From Zygnema circumcarinatum SAG 698-1b (Eukaryota > Plantae > Zygnematophyceae): DNA of 64,000 bases. The notes under the pieces were generated by a model. It worked only from the letters and a program-made list of their open reading frames with translations. It made no database searches and was not told where the DNA came from. How positions within the stretch are numbered: position 1 is the stretch's first letter; each line of letters starts with the position of its first letter. The DNA is taken from positions 434,001 through 498,000 of the forward strand of contig CM074820.1 in the NCBI GenBank assembly GCA_037447605.1, in the 5' to 3' direction. Below, piece after piece: positions 1 to 11,400 of the stretch. Position numbers and translations under genes: made by a program.

Positions 1-18
1 TGAAGCCACTTCTAGTGA

Positions 19-180
19 AGTCGAGTCGAATCGAGTCAGTCAAGTCAATTCGAGTCGAGTCGAGTCAAGTCAGGACAAGTCATGTTAAGTCGAGTCAACT
101 GAAACGAAGTGAAATCAATTCGATAGATTCCAAGTCAAGATTAGTCAACGGAGGTCAAGCCGAGTCAAGCAGGTCAAGTC
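19..180. repeat. Degenerate (GTCGA/GTCAA)n pentamer tract in a SAC9 intron
   Basis: gtcgagtcgaatcgagtcagtcaagtcaattcgagtcgagtcgagtcaagtc...; a related gtcaa tract is at about 11150-11210. Confidence 0.75.
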
Positions 181-334
181 ATATCCATTCTGAGAGAGCA
201 ACCGATTCTGCAAAGCCCTCGTCCTTTTTAACATATCCCTCTCTCTCTGAATCATTTCTTACTGCTTCCGAGCCCTTTTTTAGCCTTTCACTTTCCCCAT
301 TTTTTTTTTTCCTTTTTTGCCTTGCTGCCCGCAG

Positions 335-3300
335 GTCTGCCCGGAAGGCTATGATGTGGTGGAACTGTACATATACCTCACAGAGCCCTGCCACGTGGCA
401 TCTCTACTGCTAACTGTGGCACATGGAGCCGACGATTCCACCTCTCCGCGTTGCTTCGATGTTCGAGTTGGTCGCCATCTCGACTCCTTAGAACTCGTTA
501 TGGAGGTAATGGAGCTCAAATTTCTTCATACAAACCCTAAAACCCTAAACCCTGAAACCCTAAAACCCTAACTCTCTACCCGAAAACAAGATGCTAAGGA
601 CGTTGACATTGCACATGCGCACGATTGATTTTGTTCAGAGATTGGGATTTTCTGAGAGTTCTGGGTTTAATTTTGGGTGGGACGAAACAGAGTGGAATTA
701 TTCCGAAATGTGGGCAAGGCACACAGCTGCTTTACACTCTCCCTGCGAAGCGTGGGATAGAGGAGAGAGGGAGTGAGCCGATACGATATGGGGAGGGGGG
801 AGCCTCTCTCTACCTCTTCGAAGAGGGAGAGAGAGAGCTCGACTTCCTGTCGAGAGTGGTAGCGATCACCTTCTATCCGTCGGTTCCCAATTCGAAAATG
901 ACACTTGGACAGGTAAAGGGAGGGAGAAGGAGAGAGAGAGAGAGAGAGAGAGAGGAAGAGAGAGGGAGAGGGGAATGGGGAAGAGTTTTGATTTTGCTTG
1001 TGGTTATTTGTTTTTTTTTTCTTTTCCACTCGCTTCTCTTTATTTTGTCCTCTGCCCTTTCCCTCTCCCCCCCCCTTCTCCCGGTCTCTCCCCCACCCCC
1101 TCTTTCCTCTCTATTTATCCCTTTCTTTTCCTCCTTCTGTATAGTGAGATCTCTCCTTTCCCTCTCTCCCAGTCTGCCACTCCTCCCTCTCCCTATCTCT
1201 CTCCTCCTCCCTCTCCCTCTCCTCCCGCCCACCCTCTCTCTCTCCCTCCCTAATTGTCACAACGTCACTTCTCCTTCAACACTAGTCCGAAAAAAGTATT
1301 TGTTCAGTTCAACTGTCAGCCACACTTTGAAAAAGAAACATTGAAGTTAATAATCATTACAAACGATAATAATACTTATGAACTTTCCTATTGCTTGTAG
1401 GTGGAGGTGTTAGGAACATCCCTTGTCTCCGACGCACGCAGAAATCATTTGAAAAACGGAAAAGTGAACAAAGTAACGGAAAACGGAACTTCCCAAAGTC
1501 ACATAGAACCTTCCGTTCCACAGAACCCAAACTCCCTCGCCATAGAAAGTCTAATGGATATGGATTGGGGAATTCCAAGAGACTTTTCAAACCTTGCAAT
1601 AGAGGAAGGAGCATCTGTGAACGGAAAATCCGTTCCGATGGGCTGGCAAAGTTTCGACAACGGAACTGAAACGGAGAGCGTGAACGGGGACGGAATTATG
1701 CACCCTCTTAGAAGTGATGTTTTGGGAAATTCTCAAGGGGAGGAAGAGGAGGGTTTTGGGTTCATGGCTGGGAGAAGCCCCTCTGAGAAATTTGCTCGCT
1801 TGGTTCGGAGATTGGGACATCCTCACAAGGTACAAAAAGGGAGAGGGAGAGAGAGAGAGATTAAGAGAGTGAGAGAGAGAGAGAGAAAATCCAAAAACTA
1901 TGATTGGAACTCCTAAAATTTCCTCCTCTCCTTCCCCTCTCCTTCTTTCTTGGAAGCCTTCTCTCCCTTGTCCCCCTTGGCCCTCCCTCTCCCTCTCCTC
2001 TCTCTCGCTCTCTCTCCCTCCTCTACTTCGCACTCCCCCTTCCCCTCTCCCTTCCCCTTCCGTCCCGTCTCCTCCCGTCGCTCCCTCTCTCTCCACTTCA
2101 CTCTCCCTCCCTCCTCTCCCTCTCCCACTCCCTCCCCACCCTCCTCTTCCTTCCTCTCCCTTCCCCGCACCTTCGCCCTCCCTGCTGATTGTAGAATAGA
2201 ATATGAAGGGAAAATATCAAAAAATTTACCCCCCTTTTTTTTTTTTTTGCAGATTCCCGATTTTGAAGATGCCCTGCGATTGGACATAACGCGCATTCTT
2301 CTCGGTCTGACTGCAAAAAAAAGAAACGAAATTTTGTGGGCAGCTGAGAGAGACCCAACTACGGTCGATCCCAACCGTCTATTGGGCCGGGCAGAGGCAG
2401 CGGATGTGCGACACCTGGCAAACATTCTGATCTCAAAAACAAGGTCAATGGAAGAAGACGAGGAAATGTCAAATTTAGGGTTCAGCGAGGAAGTAAACAA
2501 AGAGCCCAATTTAGGGTTAGGGTTTAGCGAAGAAGATTATTGGAAGGTAGTGGATTTGGAAGGCGAATCTTTACCCCAAATTTTGGGGCTTGACCGGTGT
2601 AGGGGAGGCCAATGTCAGCAAGGAAACTCTTTTTCAGCTGACCCTGAAACTGCCCGAAAAAAGAGAGAGAGAGAGGGAGAGAGGTGTCTCCCATGCAGCA
2701 GCTGCGGAAAAATGGTCTGTTTGGCATGCCAAGCGCCACGTGGCGCGGGGCTATTGGTCGGGAACAGCTCGTTTTTGGCATCTTCTGGGGGAGGTAGTAC
2801 TGCTCCTATTGGTCCTCTGAAACGACCCCACCAATCAGAGCCTCTCTGTGGGTCTTGCTGTCCGCCAGCTGTCAAGCTGGCAGCTCTTTTGGACGGAGTA
2901 CGGACAGTGGGAGGGAGGAGAAGGAGAGAGAGAGTGAGAGCGGCTGCGGGAGAGGCCATGGCTGAACTTCAGAACTATGGGAACTTGGTTTCTGAACCCA
3001 ATTTTTTGAGAAATTCGGATTCAGTTTCGATCGCAGAATATCCCTTTGCAGGGCTTCTTTTCAAGGTGAGATCCCTCTTTTTTTTTTTTTTTTTTTGGTA
3101 TGAACCGACATTTCTCCTCTAGCTTCAGAGATTATTAAATTGGGTCCTATTTTTTTACCTTTTTTTTTGCCCTTTTTTTGCCTTTTTTTTGCAGGTCCCG
3201 ACAGCAGAGGGAGCGGAGCCCGCGATATCTTTGCTGGCGGGAGATGGGGGCTCTCTGGATGCCACGTGGCAAGCACCTGAAGGTGCCACGTCAGCAGAAG

Positions 3301-3401
3301 TAGCGATCGTTCTTGCAGCTCCTGCTGAGGTGGATCGTCTTATTTTGACATTGGGAAGGAGAGCTTATCCTCTAGGGGAAGCTCCAGTGGTAATCTCTCT
3401 C

Positions 3402-3443
<42 letters not shown>

Positions 3444-5156
3444 CCCCTCTCTCTCTCTCTCTCTCCCTCTCTCTCTCCCTCTCTCTCTCACTTTCTCTCT
3501 CTCCCGCTCTCTTTTTCTCAATCTCTCTCTTCCTCTCTCTCCCTCTTCCTCTCTCTCTCTCTCTCACTTTTTCTCTCTCCCGCTCTCTCTTTTTCTCTCT
3601 CTCTCTTCCTCTGACTCTCTCTCTCCCACTCTTTCTCGCTCCCCCCCACCCTCGCGCTCTCGTTCTCTCTTTCTCTCTCGCTCACTCATCCTATACTCAA
3701 ACATTTACCCCCCAAATGGGAGAAATTTTGGATTGAGGAGTCCCACTTTTTTTTCCCACTTGCAGGTCCGAATTTTGGTCGGAACAACATGTTCAGATGT
3801 AAACCGAAAAGCTATTGGTCAATGGAAATTGGAAGAAACCTTGTCATCGACAACAACAACAACAAGAGCAACAACAATTTCTTCTAATGCGAACACATCT
3901 GAAATTGAACTCACTTACAAATTTCCAGAACCGTCAATCTGCCGAGTGGTATGGTTGGAATTTAAAGTTCTTCCGGAAATTTCGTCGACGGCCCCTGGAC
4001 CTCGGGCAGTGAAAAGTATTTTTCCGGCACGCATGGGTAGCCTCGGAAACATTTTGACGGCTGCCCGTTCCCAGGGGCAGATTCCGGATTCAGCTGCTAC
4101 ATTCGACCTTTTGACTGGCGATAGTGGAAGCGGAAAATTGTCGCATTCGGCATCTTTTTCTGCAAACGGTCGGGAACAGGAAAGTAGGGAAGCAAACCGG
4201 GCGAATCAGATCGTGACAGGTGGAAAAAGGAGAATTTACGCGAGAAGAATCAAAGTTTTTGGGCGATGTGTAATGGAGGAGGAGAGGGTCGGAGCTGCAC
4301 AGAGTCAAGAGAGGTTGGAACAGAAGCTGCTGCTTGACTTGGCTCCGAAAATAAGCCGAGTAAAGGTAAACCTAGTCTCTTTCCCCTCTCCACCCTCGTC
4401 TCTNNNNNNNNNNACCCTCCCCTCCCACCCTTCCCTCCCCCCTCCACCCTCCCCCCTCTCACCCTCCCCTCCCACCCTTCCCTCCCCCCTCCCTCTCCCG
4501 CAGGTGGGTGTGGAAGCCGAGCGTGTGTTTGGCGGTGGGCGGCTCCTCGAGTTCCGTGTGGCGCCAGTTCCGTCCGTTGCGGGCTTCCGTTTGGACGGTC
4601 TCTCTCCCGCTCGCCTCGCCTCGTCCTACGTGGCCTCCACGCCGCCAAATTTTCGTCCGTTGTACCAAACTGTACATGGAAACCACATCGATGACTGGCT
4701 AGCAAGTCCGGGCGTCCTCACAATTAGGGTTTCCGGAAAAAGGGTAAAGACCCAACACTCACTTTCCATTTTAATTGGCTTTTTTTTAGGGTTGTTTTGG
4801 GGGGGAGGGGAGGGGGGGATGCTGGGGTTCTATTGCTAATCTAATGCTGTTTTTTTTTTTTTTTTCAGGTGCATGAAACGCATCCGAATTTGGTTGACTT
4901 ATTTGTGGTTCCGTGGGTCCGTCAACCGACTCCGCTTTACTTCGATTTCACGACACCCCAACAGGTGGAAATTCTTATTTTTGAGCTGCTCGGAGAGATG
5001 GGCCCCTTAACTGAGGACTTTCACATGGAACGGGGGACGGAGGGAGAGGGGAGGGAGCCTGTCTCTCCCTCTCTCTCCCTTGTGAATAAGCTACGGCCCT
5101 TCCGCTATGTTCCCAGCGCCGAAGTTGGGGGGTGGGGACAGCTGAATCTGGCTTAA
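335..5156 (+). CDS. SAC9: SAC9-like phosphoinositide phosphatase, 3' part (5' exons upstream of window)
   Basis: Exons 335-505, 691-912, 1401-1829, 2253-3065, 3195-3389, 3766-4365, 4504-4743, 4869-5156 join in frame through GT-AG introns. Peptides VELYIYLTEPCHVASLLLTVAHGADDST, ELDFLSRVVAITFYP..MTLGQVEVLG, FEDALRLDITRILLGLTAKKRNEIL, SIAEYPFAGLLFK, LYFDF and SLVNKLRPFRY..EVGGWGQL match the C-terminal half of plant SAC9 as I recall it. Confidence 0.9.
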
Positions 5157-5747
5157 CTTAGGGTTAGGGTTCAAGATTTAGGGTCAGCGTTTAGGGTTCA
5201 GAAAATGGGGTTTTGGGTCAGAACGCCGTTCTGTGTATACTCCGTGAAGCGGTGGGAGGACGGTTCCATGTTGCCGTTGTACACATGTAAACAGTGTAAT
5301 TGTGTGAAATGAGGCATGGATAGGTACTGACAGGTGGGCAGGGACTGCGTTAGGGGTAACTTTTACGGAAAGCATTAGAGCATGGAGACAGGAGTAAGGG
5401 GTTGTGCTCTACTTTTCTATGTGCATACATGTCCAGTTAAGCCGCTATCAGGGATCCAATTGTATGAACTTATATGGCTTGCCGTAAGAAAGTTGTACAT
5501 TGGAGCAAATGGTGGGTTCTCTTTCTCTCTCTATCCAACTCTCTCTCGCGCGCACTCTCTCTGTCGCTTTTCTATTCTCTCTTTCTCTCTTTCTCTCTTC
5601 CTCTCCCACACCTCCTAACTCTAGTCTCTCCCCTCCTTTTCTCTACTCTTGTTTATCAACTCCTACATTCTTCAAAAAACAAGCAGAATTGCCCAAAATG
5701 TTTGAAAATCTTGACTCCAAAACAGACGAACTCAAAATTTCCCTTCT

Positions 5748-7473
5748 CTACACTAAGCTCCACTGAGAAGCAATTTTCAAAGCCCATCTCCGCGCCAAAA
5801 CAGCCCCAAAAACCAACGCTACCACTCTCAACACTAAGGGTTGCCCGAGCGACTCTTTCTCCCCTCTCTCTCCTCTCCCTCCCACTCCCTCCCCTCTCAC
5901 TTCCCCACCCTCACCCTCTTCCTCACCCCCCTCCCTCCCTACCGTCCTCAAGTATGTAACAGCTGCAAACGCCAAATAAGGCACCAAAAGTACAGCCCTT
6001 AACGAGGTCCCCTCCGCTAGCGTGACAAGGGTCACAATTGCAGGAGTGATAGCTGACAGAAGGGAAGCCTTGCTCCGAACTCCCATCCATAAAGCGATCG
6101 AAATAACTCCAATCAATAGGTTCACAGGGTGCAGAAATCCCAACAGATTTGCTAACCCTAAAAAGCTTGCTATTCCGAGGGTCCTCCTTAGCTCCCTCTT
6201 CTCTTCATTGGGTACAACGAGGTCAGCGGTAGTGAGAAGGAGAGAGGAGAGAAGGAGAGCTACCGTTATTGGGAGAGTGGGAAGGACGTCAACTAAGGGT
6301 AGAAAGAGTTGGTCTCCCCAAGACCATACGAAATCTATGGCTCGGGCAGTTAAAAGAACTGGAGTTTGAATATGGGAAAAAGCCCACGAAGCAAACCATT
6401 GGAGAAGATCGGAGGTGAAGTTTGCGGTTCCAAGGACGAAAGTTTGGGACCATTCGATCAAATGAATGGTTTCTGCGACGAGAATGTCGCGAATGCTCCA
6501 TAACAAAACAACACCTGTCGAACATGAGAGCATGAAACCAACAAGAAGGTGAGCAACGTTGTTAGTTCCTCTCCGTAACTGACGCACAACTGGCTTCGAA
6601 ATTAAAAAAAAAAAAAAAGGGAAAATACTCAAATACGGAAATACGGAAATATGGAATGGAGCGCGTAACTGAGAACATAGAGAGCTGTGAGGGTCTCATA
6701 AAGAAATAATTTAATTGATGATGAACTAACTCTTTTAAGGAGAGGAGAGGGAGAGGGAGGGAGGGGGAGAGAAAGGAGTCCGAAATCTAAGTTTGGGTTC
6801 CTCAATTTCAACTATCAAAAATTTCAAACCCAAAATCTCTCAGTTTCTAAGGCCTTCCTCACCCACATTCCAGCTCAAAATTCCTTACACTTCAAACCCG
6901 CAAACCGTAACACCCCAGTACTTGACCCAATTCCGGAGCTTTGGGGTTTTCAAATTTCTGAACCCTAACCCTAAATCCTGAAACCCCATCAAAGAAAAAA
7001 TCCCGCAAGCCTTTCCCCAACTATTGACCCCATTATCCCAAAAACCCACCTCCAAGTAACCACAAAATCGGCACCCAATCCAAGCCTTCTTGATTTTTCA
7101 TAAATTCGAATTCCTGGGGATAATATGAAGCTCGACTTCTCCCATCTGCAATTCCGCCTCTTTCTGAAACCCTCCCTGAACCCTCCCCTGTATTTTTCTC
7201 CTCAGGAGAGGGTTCAGAAGCTGCCTCCTTGGCCGCCTCCACACGCCACGTAGCCCTAAAATCCTTCCGTCCACTTGTGTCACGCCACGTGTCTTCCTTG
7301 AGGCTTGCCAGGTGGCGGAAAGAGGCGCCTAGAGAGCGTGGAAATGGCGACACGTGGCAGGCTGTGAGGCGGCTTCGGACCCTCCCATGGGTTCCGGCGA
7401 CTGGGAGGCTGCCACGTGGCAGGCTCTGAGTGGGGGTGGGCAGGACACATGGCGCTACGGCCTGAGCGGACAT
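5748..7473 (-). CDS. Uncharacterised multi-pass membrane protein, probably plastid-targeted
   Basis: ATG 7473 (MSAQAVAPCVLPTP..., Ser/Arg/Ala-rich transit-peptide-like start). Exon 7473-7050, phase-1 splice to exon 6589-5943 carrying several hydrophobic segments. The last mini-exon (WSLV*, ending 5748) is uncertain. No family recognised. Confidence 0.6.
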
Positions 7474-7640
7474 GGGGGGAGGGGGGGAAGGGGGGGAGCC
7501 AGAGGCGAACACGTGGGAAGAGGAGAGGAGCCCCTCACACGTGCGATGGTGGAAATTTGCGAAATTTCGGAATTTTGTGGGAGACCCAAAACCCTAAAAC
7601 CCGCAAAAAGCGCAAAAAATGAAAAGCTTGCCAGACTGAA

Positions 7641-7790
7641 ACGATACAGGATACGATATGATACGATATCACAAAATAAAATGCGATACGATAAAATGCG
7701 ATACGATACTATATGACACAATACAATATGATACGATATCATAAGATATATACGATATGGTACGATACATTTCTTTACGATACGATACAA
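7641..7790. repeat. (GATAC/ACGAT)n pentamer tract
   Basis: acgatacaggatacgatatgatacgatatc...; related tracts at about 17755-18245, 22737-22832, 55066-55185 and 58540-58750. Confidence 0.8.
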
Positions 7791-8448
7791 TAAGGAATTG
7801 GGGATTCTTTCTTGTCCTTATCTCCGTCCGTACAATTATTCCTCCCCGCCCATTTGTCGTTTTCGCATGTCACGGCAGCCCCGGCATCCTCGCCGCGTTC
7901 TCCGCCCATTCAACCAATAAGAACGCATCACTTGGATGACGTGGCATCCGCCCATTCGCTGAAGGCCGACTCCTCTGTGCGCCTACCGGTCCTACTGTCG
8001 AGGTGGCCCTGTAGCCGCACTCCCTTGGCGGAATACGGTGTTGCATTATTCTCGCCCTCTGCCTCTCCCTCTCCCTCGTTCACTCCCACTCTCCCTCTCT
8101 CCCAACTTCAAGCGTGTATTTTGAAGCCTCTCCTACCCTGCCTCGCGCTCCCCCCACTCTCTCCTCCTCCTTCCCTCCTTTCCTTCCCTCCCCTCCCGTC
8201 ACACACCTCTCCAGTCTCCTCTCCCTTCCCCTTCTCTCTCTTCCTCGCTCCCTCCCCCCTTCCCTCCCCTCACCTCCCCTCCCTCTCTTCCCCCCTCCCC
8301 CCTCTCTCCCCCCTCCCTCCTCTCTCCCTCCCCCCTCGCTCCCCCTCCCTCCCTTCCTCCCTCCCCCATACCCCTCCCTCCTCCCCTTCCTCATTTCCGC
8401 CTCCGCTCCCTCCCTCCCTCCCTCCCTCCCTCCCTCCCTCCCCCCCTC

Positions 8449-11400
8449 ATGGCCTCCTCCTCTCCCCCCAAGTGGGGCCCGGGCGACATAGCCACTGTGG
8501 CGGTGTACTTTGGAGCGGTGGCGGCCATTGCGGGGTACTCCGCCCGCCGGCTCTCTCGCCGGCGCGGCCCTCAAGAGGGGGAGGGAGAGGGAGAGGGAGA
8601 GGGAGAGAGAGAGGGAGAGAGAGAGGGCGCCGCGGACGCGTACTTCCTCGCGGGGCACTCGGTCCCGGGGTGGGCCGTCGCCGCGTCGCTCTTCTCCGCC
8701 AACATTGGCGCCGAACACTTCGTCGCTCTCGCGGGGAGTGCGGCGGCGAGCGGAATCGTCACGGCATGGTGGGAGGGGGAGGGGGAGGGGAGGGGGGAAG
8801 GGGGAGGGGGGACGGGNNNNNNNNNNGAGAGGAGAGAGAGGGAGAGGAGAGGGAGGAAGGGAGGGAGGGAGTAGGGGCAGGGAGGGAGTGGGGGAAAGGG
8901 AGGGATTGGGGAGTGGAGAAAGGGAGGGGAGGGGAGGGGAGGGGAGGGGAGAGGAGGGGAGGGAGAGGTAAGGAGGGAGAGAGGGAGGGAGAGGGTAGGG
9001 GGAGGGGATGTGAGTGGAGGGAGGGAGTGTTGAGTGGAGGGGAGGGGAGGGGAGTGGTGAGAGAGGAGGGTTAGGCAAAGGTGGGAAAGGGGAAAAAGGG
9101 AGAGGGGAGAATGGGTGAATGGGAGGGACAGGGAGGAAGAGGGAAAGTTGGGAAAGGAGAAGGTGAGGGGAAACCATTGAGGGGGAGAGGGACGGCAGGG
9201 AAGGGGTAGGGAGAGCAGGAAGTAGAGAAGGGGGTGAGGGAAGGGGAATGAAGAAGAGAGCTGCATGAATGGAAAAGCGAGAAACATTTAAAAAAAAAAA
9301 ACTTTTTGACTCGTTAAAGCACTTCTGCTCTTAACTTTATCGCCCGCCAAAAGTAGATCAAGAAATATCGTTTCTCTTTCTCACTAAAGTAATATTTCTT
9401 GGAAAGAAAGTGCTCATTTTTCCTCTTCTCTTGAAATGATAGTAGAATAATACGGAGCTCACGTTCAATTTCATGGGAGAATATAGCGTAAGAGTGAAAG
9501 AATGAGAGACGGGGAGAGAGAGAGAGAGAGATAGAAAGAGAGAGAGAGAGAGAGAGGGAGACGTCCAAAGACATATGGTCCACGCTCTAATCAATGACTA
9601 ATTCACATTTTTTATCCCCTCGTATTCTTTCAGGTATGAATGGGGCGCTATTCCATGTTTATTAATACTTGGATTTTACTTCCTTCCGGTTTATTCAAAG
9701 TCGGCTGTGAGCACGATGCCGGAATTTATCGAAAAAAGGTTTTCGCCTTATTGTCGAACATTTTTGGTTATATTTTCGATACTTATATATATGGTCACAA
9801 AAGTTGCTGCCACTTTATATGCGGGATCAATCATTATTACAGAGGTGAGATTTTTTACTCAATACAGCGTAGGGTTTCATCGGTTGCTTTTCTCTTCTCT
9901 TTCAGCTTTTATTTTGAATCATTTAGTTCTTTTATTGTTTTGAACTTTCGATTGAACTGCGTAAATATCATACCACATAATACGAAGGGGGGAGAGGCCG
10001 TAAGAGAGTGGGGGAGAGAGGGAGCGAGAGGGAGACAGAGGGAGAGGGGCAGAGGCAGCGGGAGAGGGGGTGGGAGAGGCAGAGGCGGAGGCGGCGGGGA
10101 GAAGTGAGCACAAAATTTACTACTTAAAAGAAAAGAACCACAAGAGCCTACTCAAACGAAGACAAAGATAGAAAAAGAGACTTCGCGGGGCTTCCCCCCT
10201 CTAACAGCTCCTCTCCCTCGTCCTTCCCTCCGCTTCCTCTCTCTCTCTTTTCGCCCCTCCCTCCCCTCCCTCCCTCCCTCCCTCCCTCCCAACCCCTGCC
10301 CCTACCCCCGCCCCNNNNNNNNNNCCCTCCCTCCCTCCCTCCCTCAGGTGTCCGACTTCAACAGCCTGCAGGCCATCCTGATCCTCATAGTGGGCACGGC
10401 CGCGTACACGGTGGGGGGGGGCCTTGCGGCGGTCGTGTACACGGAGGCGCTGCAGACGTGCGTGCTCGCAGTGGGGGGGGTCGCCCTGCTCGTGCTCTCT
10501 CTCCTGCGGGTGGGAGGCTGGGGAGAGGTCAAAACCCTCATTTCGGAGGCAGATCCCAACCGTCTCTATTTCCATATCTTTCGGTAAGTGTAGCGGGGAG
10601 AGAGCGAGTGTTCTCTCTCTCTCTCTCTCGCCCCGGCCTCTTTTTCTATTCCCCCAGTTCGTTCGTAATTCTCCTCCTACTTCCTGTCCCGTTTCTCGTT
10701 CTCTCCCTCTTCACTTCCTTCCCTCCCTCTCTTCCTGTCCCTTTCCCCTCTCTCTCTTCTCATGGATGCCCCTATTCCGCTACCCTTCTTTGTGTTTCCC
10801 GTCCTCTCTCCTCTCCTCTCTCTCCTTCTCCCTCCCCTTTTGCTCTCTCCCTCCCCTCTCTCTCCCTCCTCTCTTTCCCTCCCCGCTAATCCCTGGACCA
10901 CATTCATCCCCCCTGCTGCAGGCCCGCCTCCGATCCGGACTTCCCTTGGCCGGGTCTTTTCTTCGGGTTCTATCCGGTCGCGCTTTGGTTCTGGGCGACT
11001 GACCAGGTACATCCCCCCTGGCCCTTTTTCAAGACTTCGAGAAGCTTCTAGAAGCTTGTGGAACTTTCTACTTTGTTTTTTCTTCCATCAGAACCCGTCT
11101 CCATGCGGCTCCCTACTGGAGAGAGGACTTTGTAGAAGGCGGCTTTCCGACAGTCAGTCAAGAAAGTCAAGAAAGTCAAGAAAGTCAATCAAGTCAATGA
11201 AGTCAACACGGTCGATTGGAATCAGCAATGACTTTGTCTTGTTTCCTTTCAGATTCAAATGTTTTAGGGTTTTTTTTTGGGGCCCTTTTGCAGGTTATAG
11301 TGCAGCGTGCTCTTGCTGCAAAAAATATCGAACATGGCCAGGCGGGCTGTGTTGGAGCCTCATATTTAAAGGTATATGCTTTTTTAATTGTATTGTTTTT

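Noticed and set aside
530-570. Telomere repeats suggesting a chromosome end
   Set aside because: Short, degenerate and intronic, with genes continuing on both sides.
335-5156. All seven visible SAC9 introns are phase 0
   Set aside because: Phase 0 is the commonest class, so the sample is too small to be remarkable.
7812-9287. Long ORFs 7812-9074, 8080-9177 and 8571-9287
   Set aside because: Low-complexity CT/GA read-through overlapping symporter exon 1 and intron 1; no recognisable domain.
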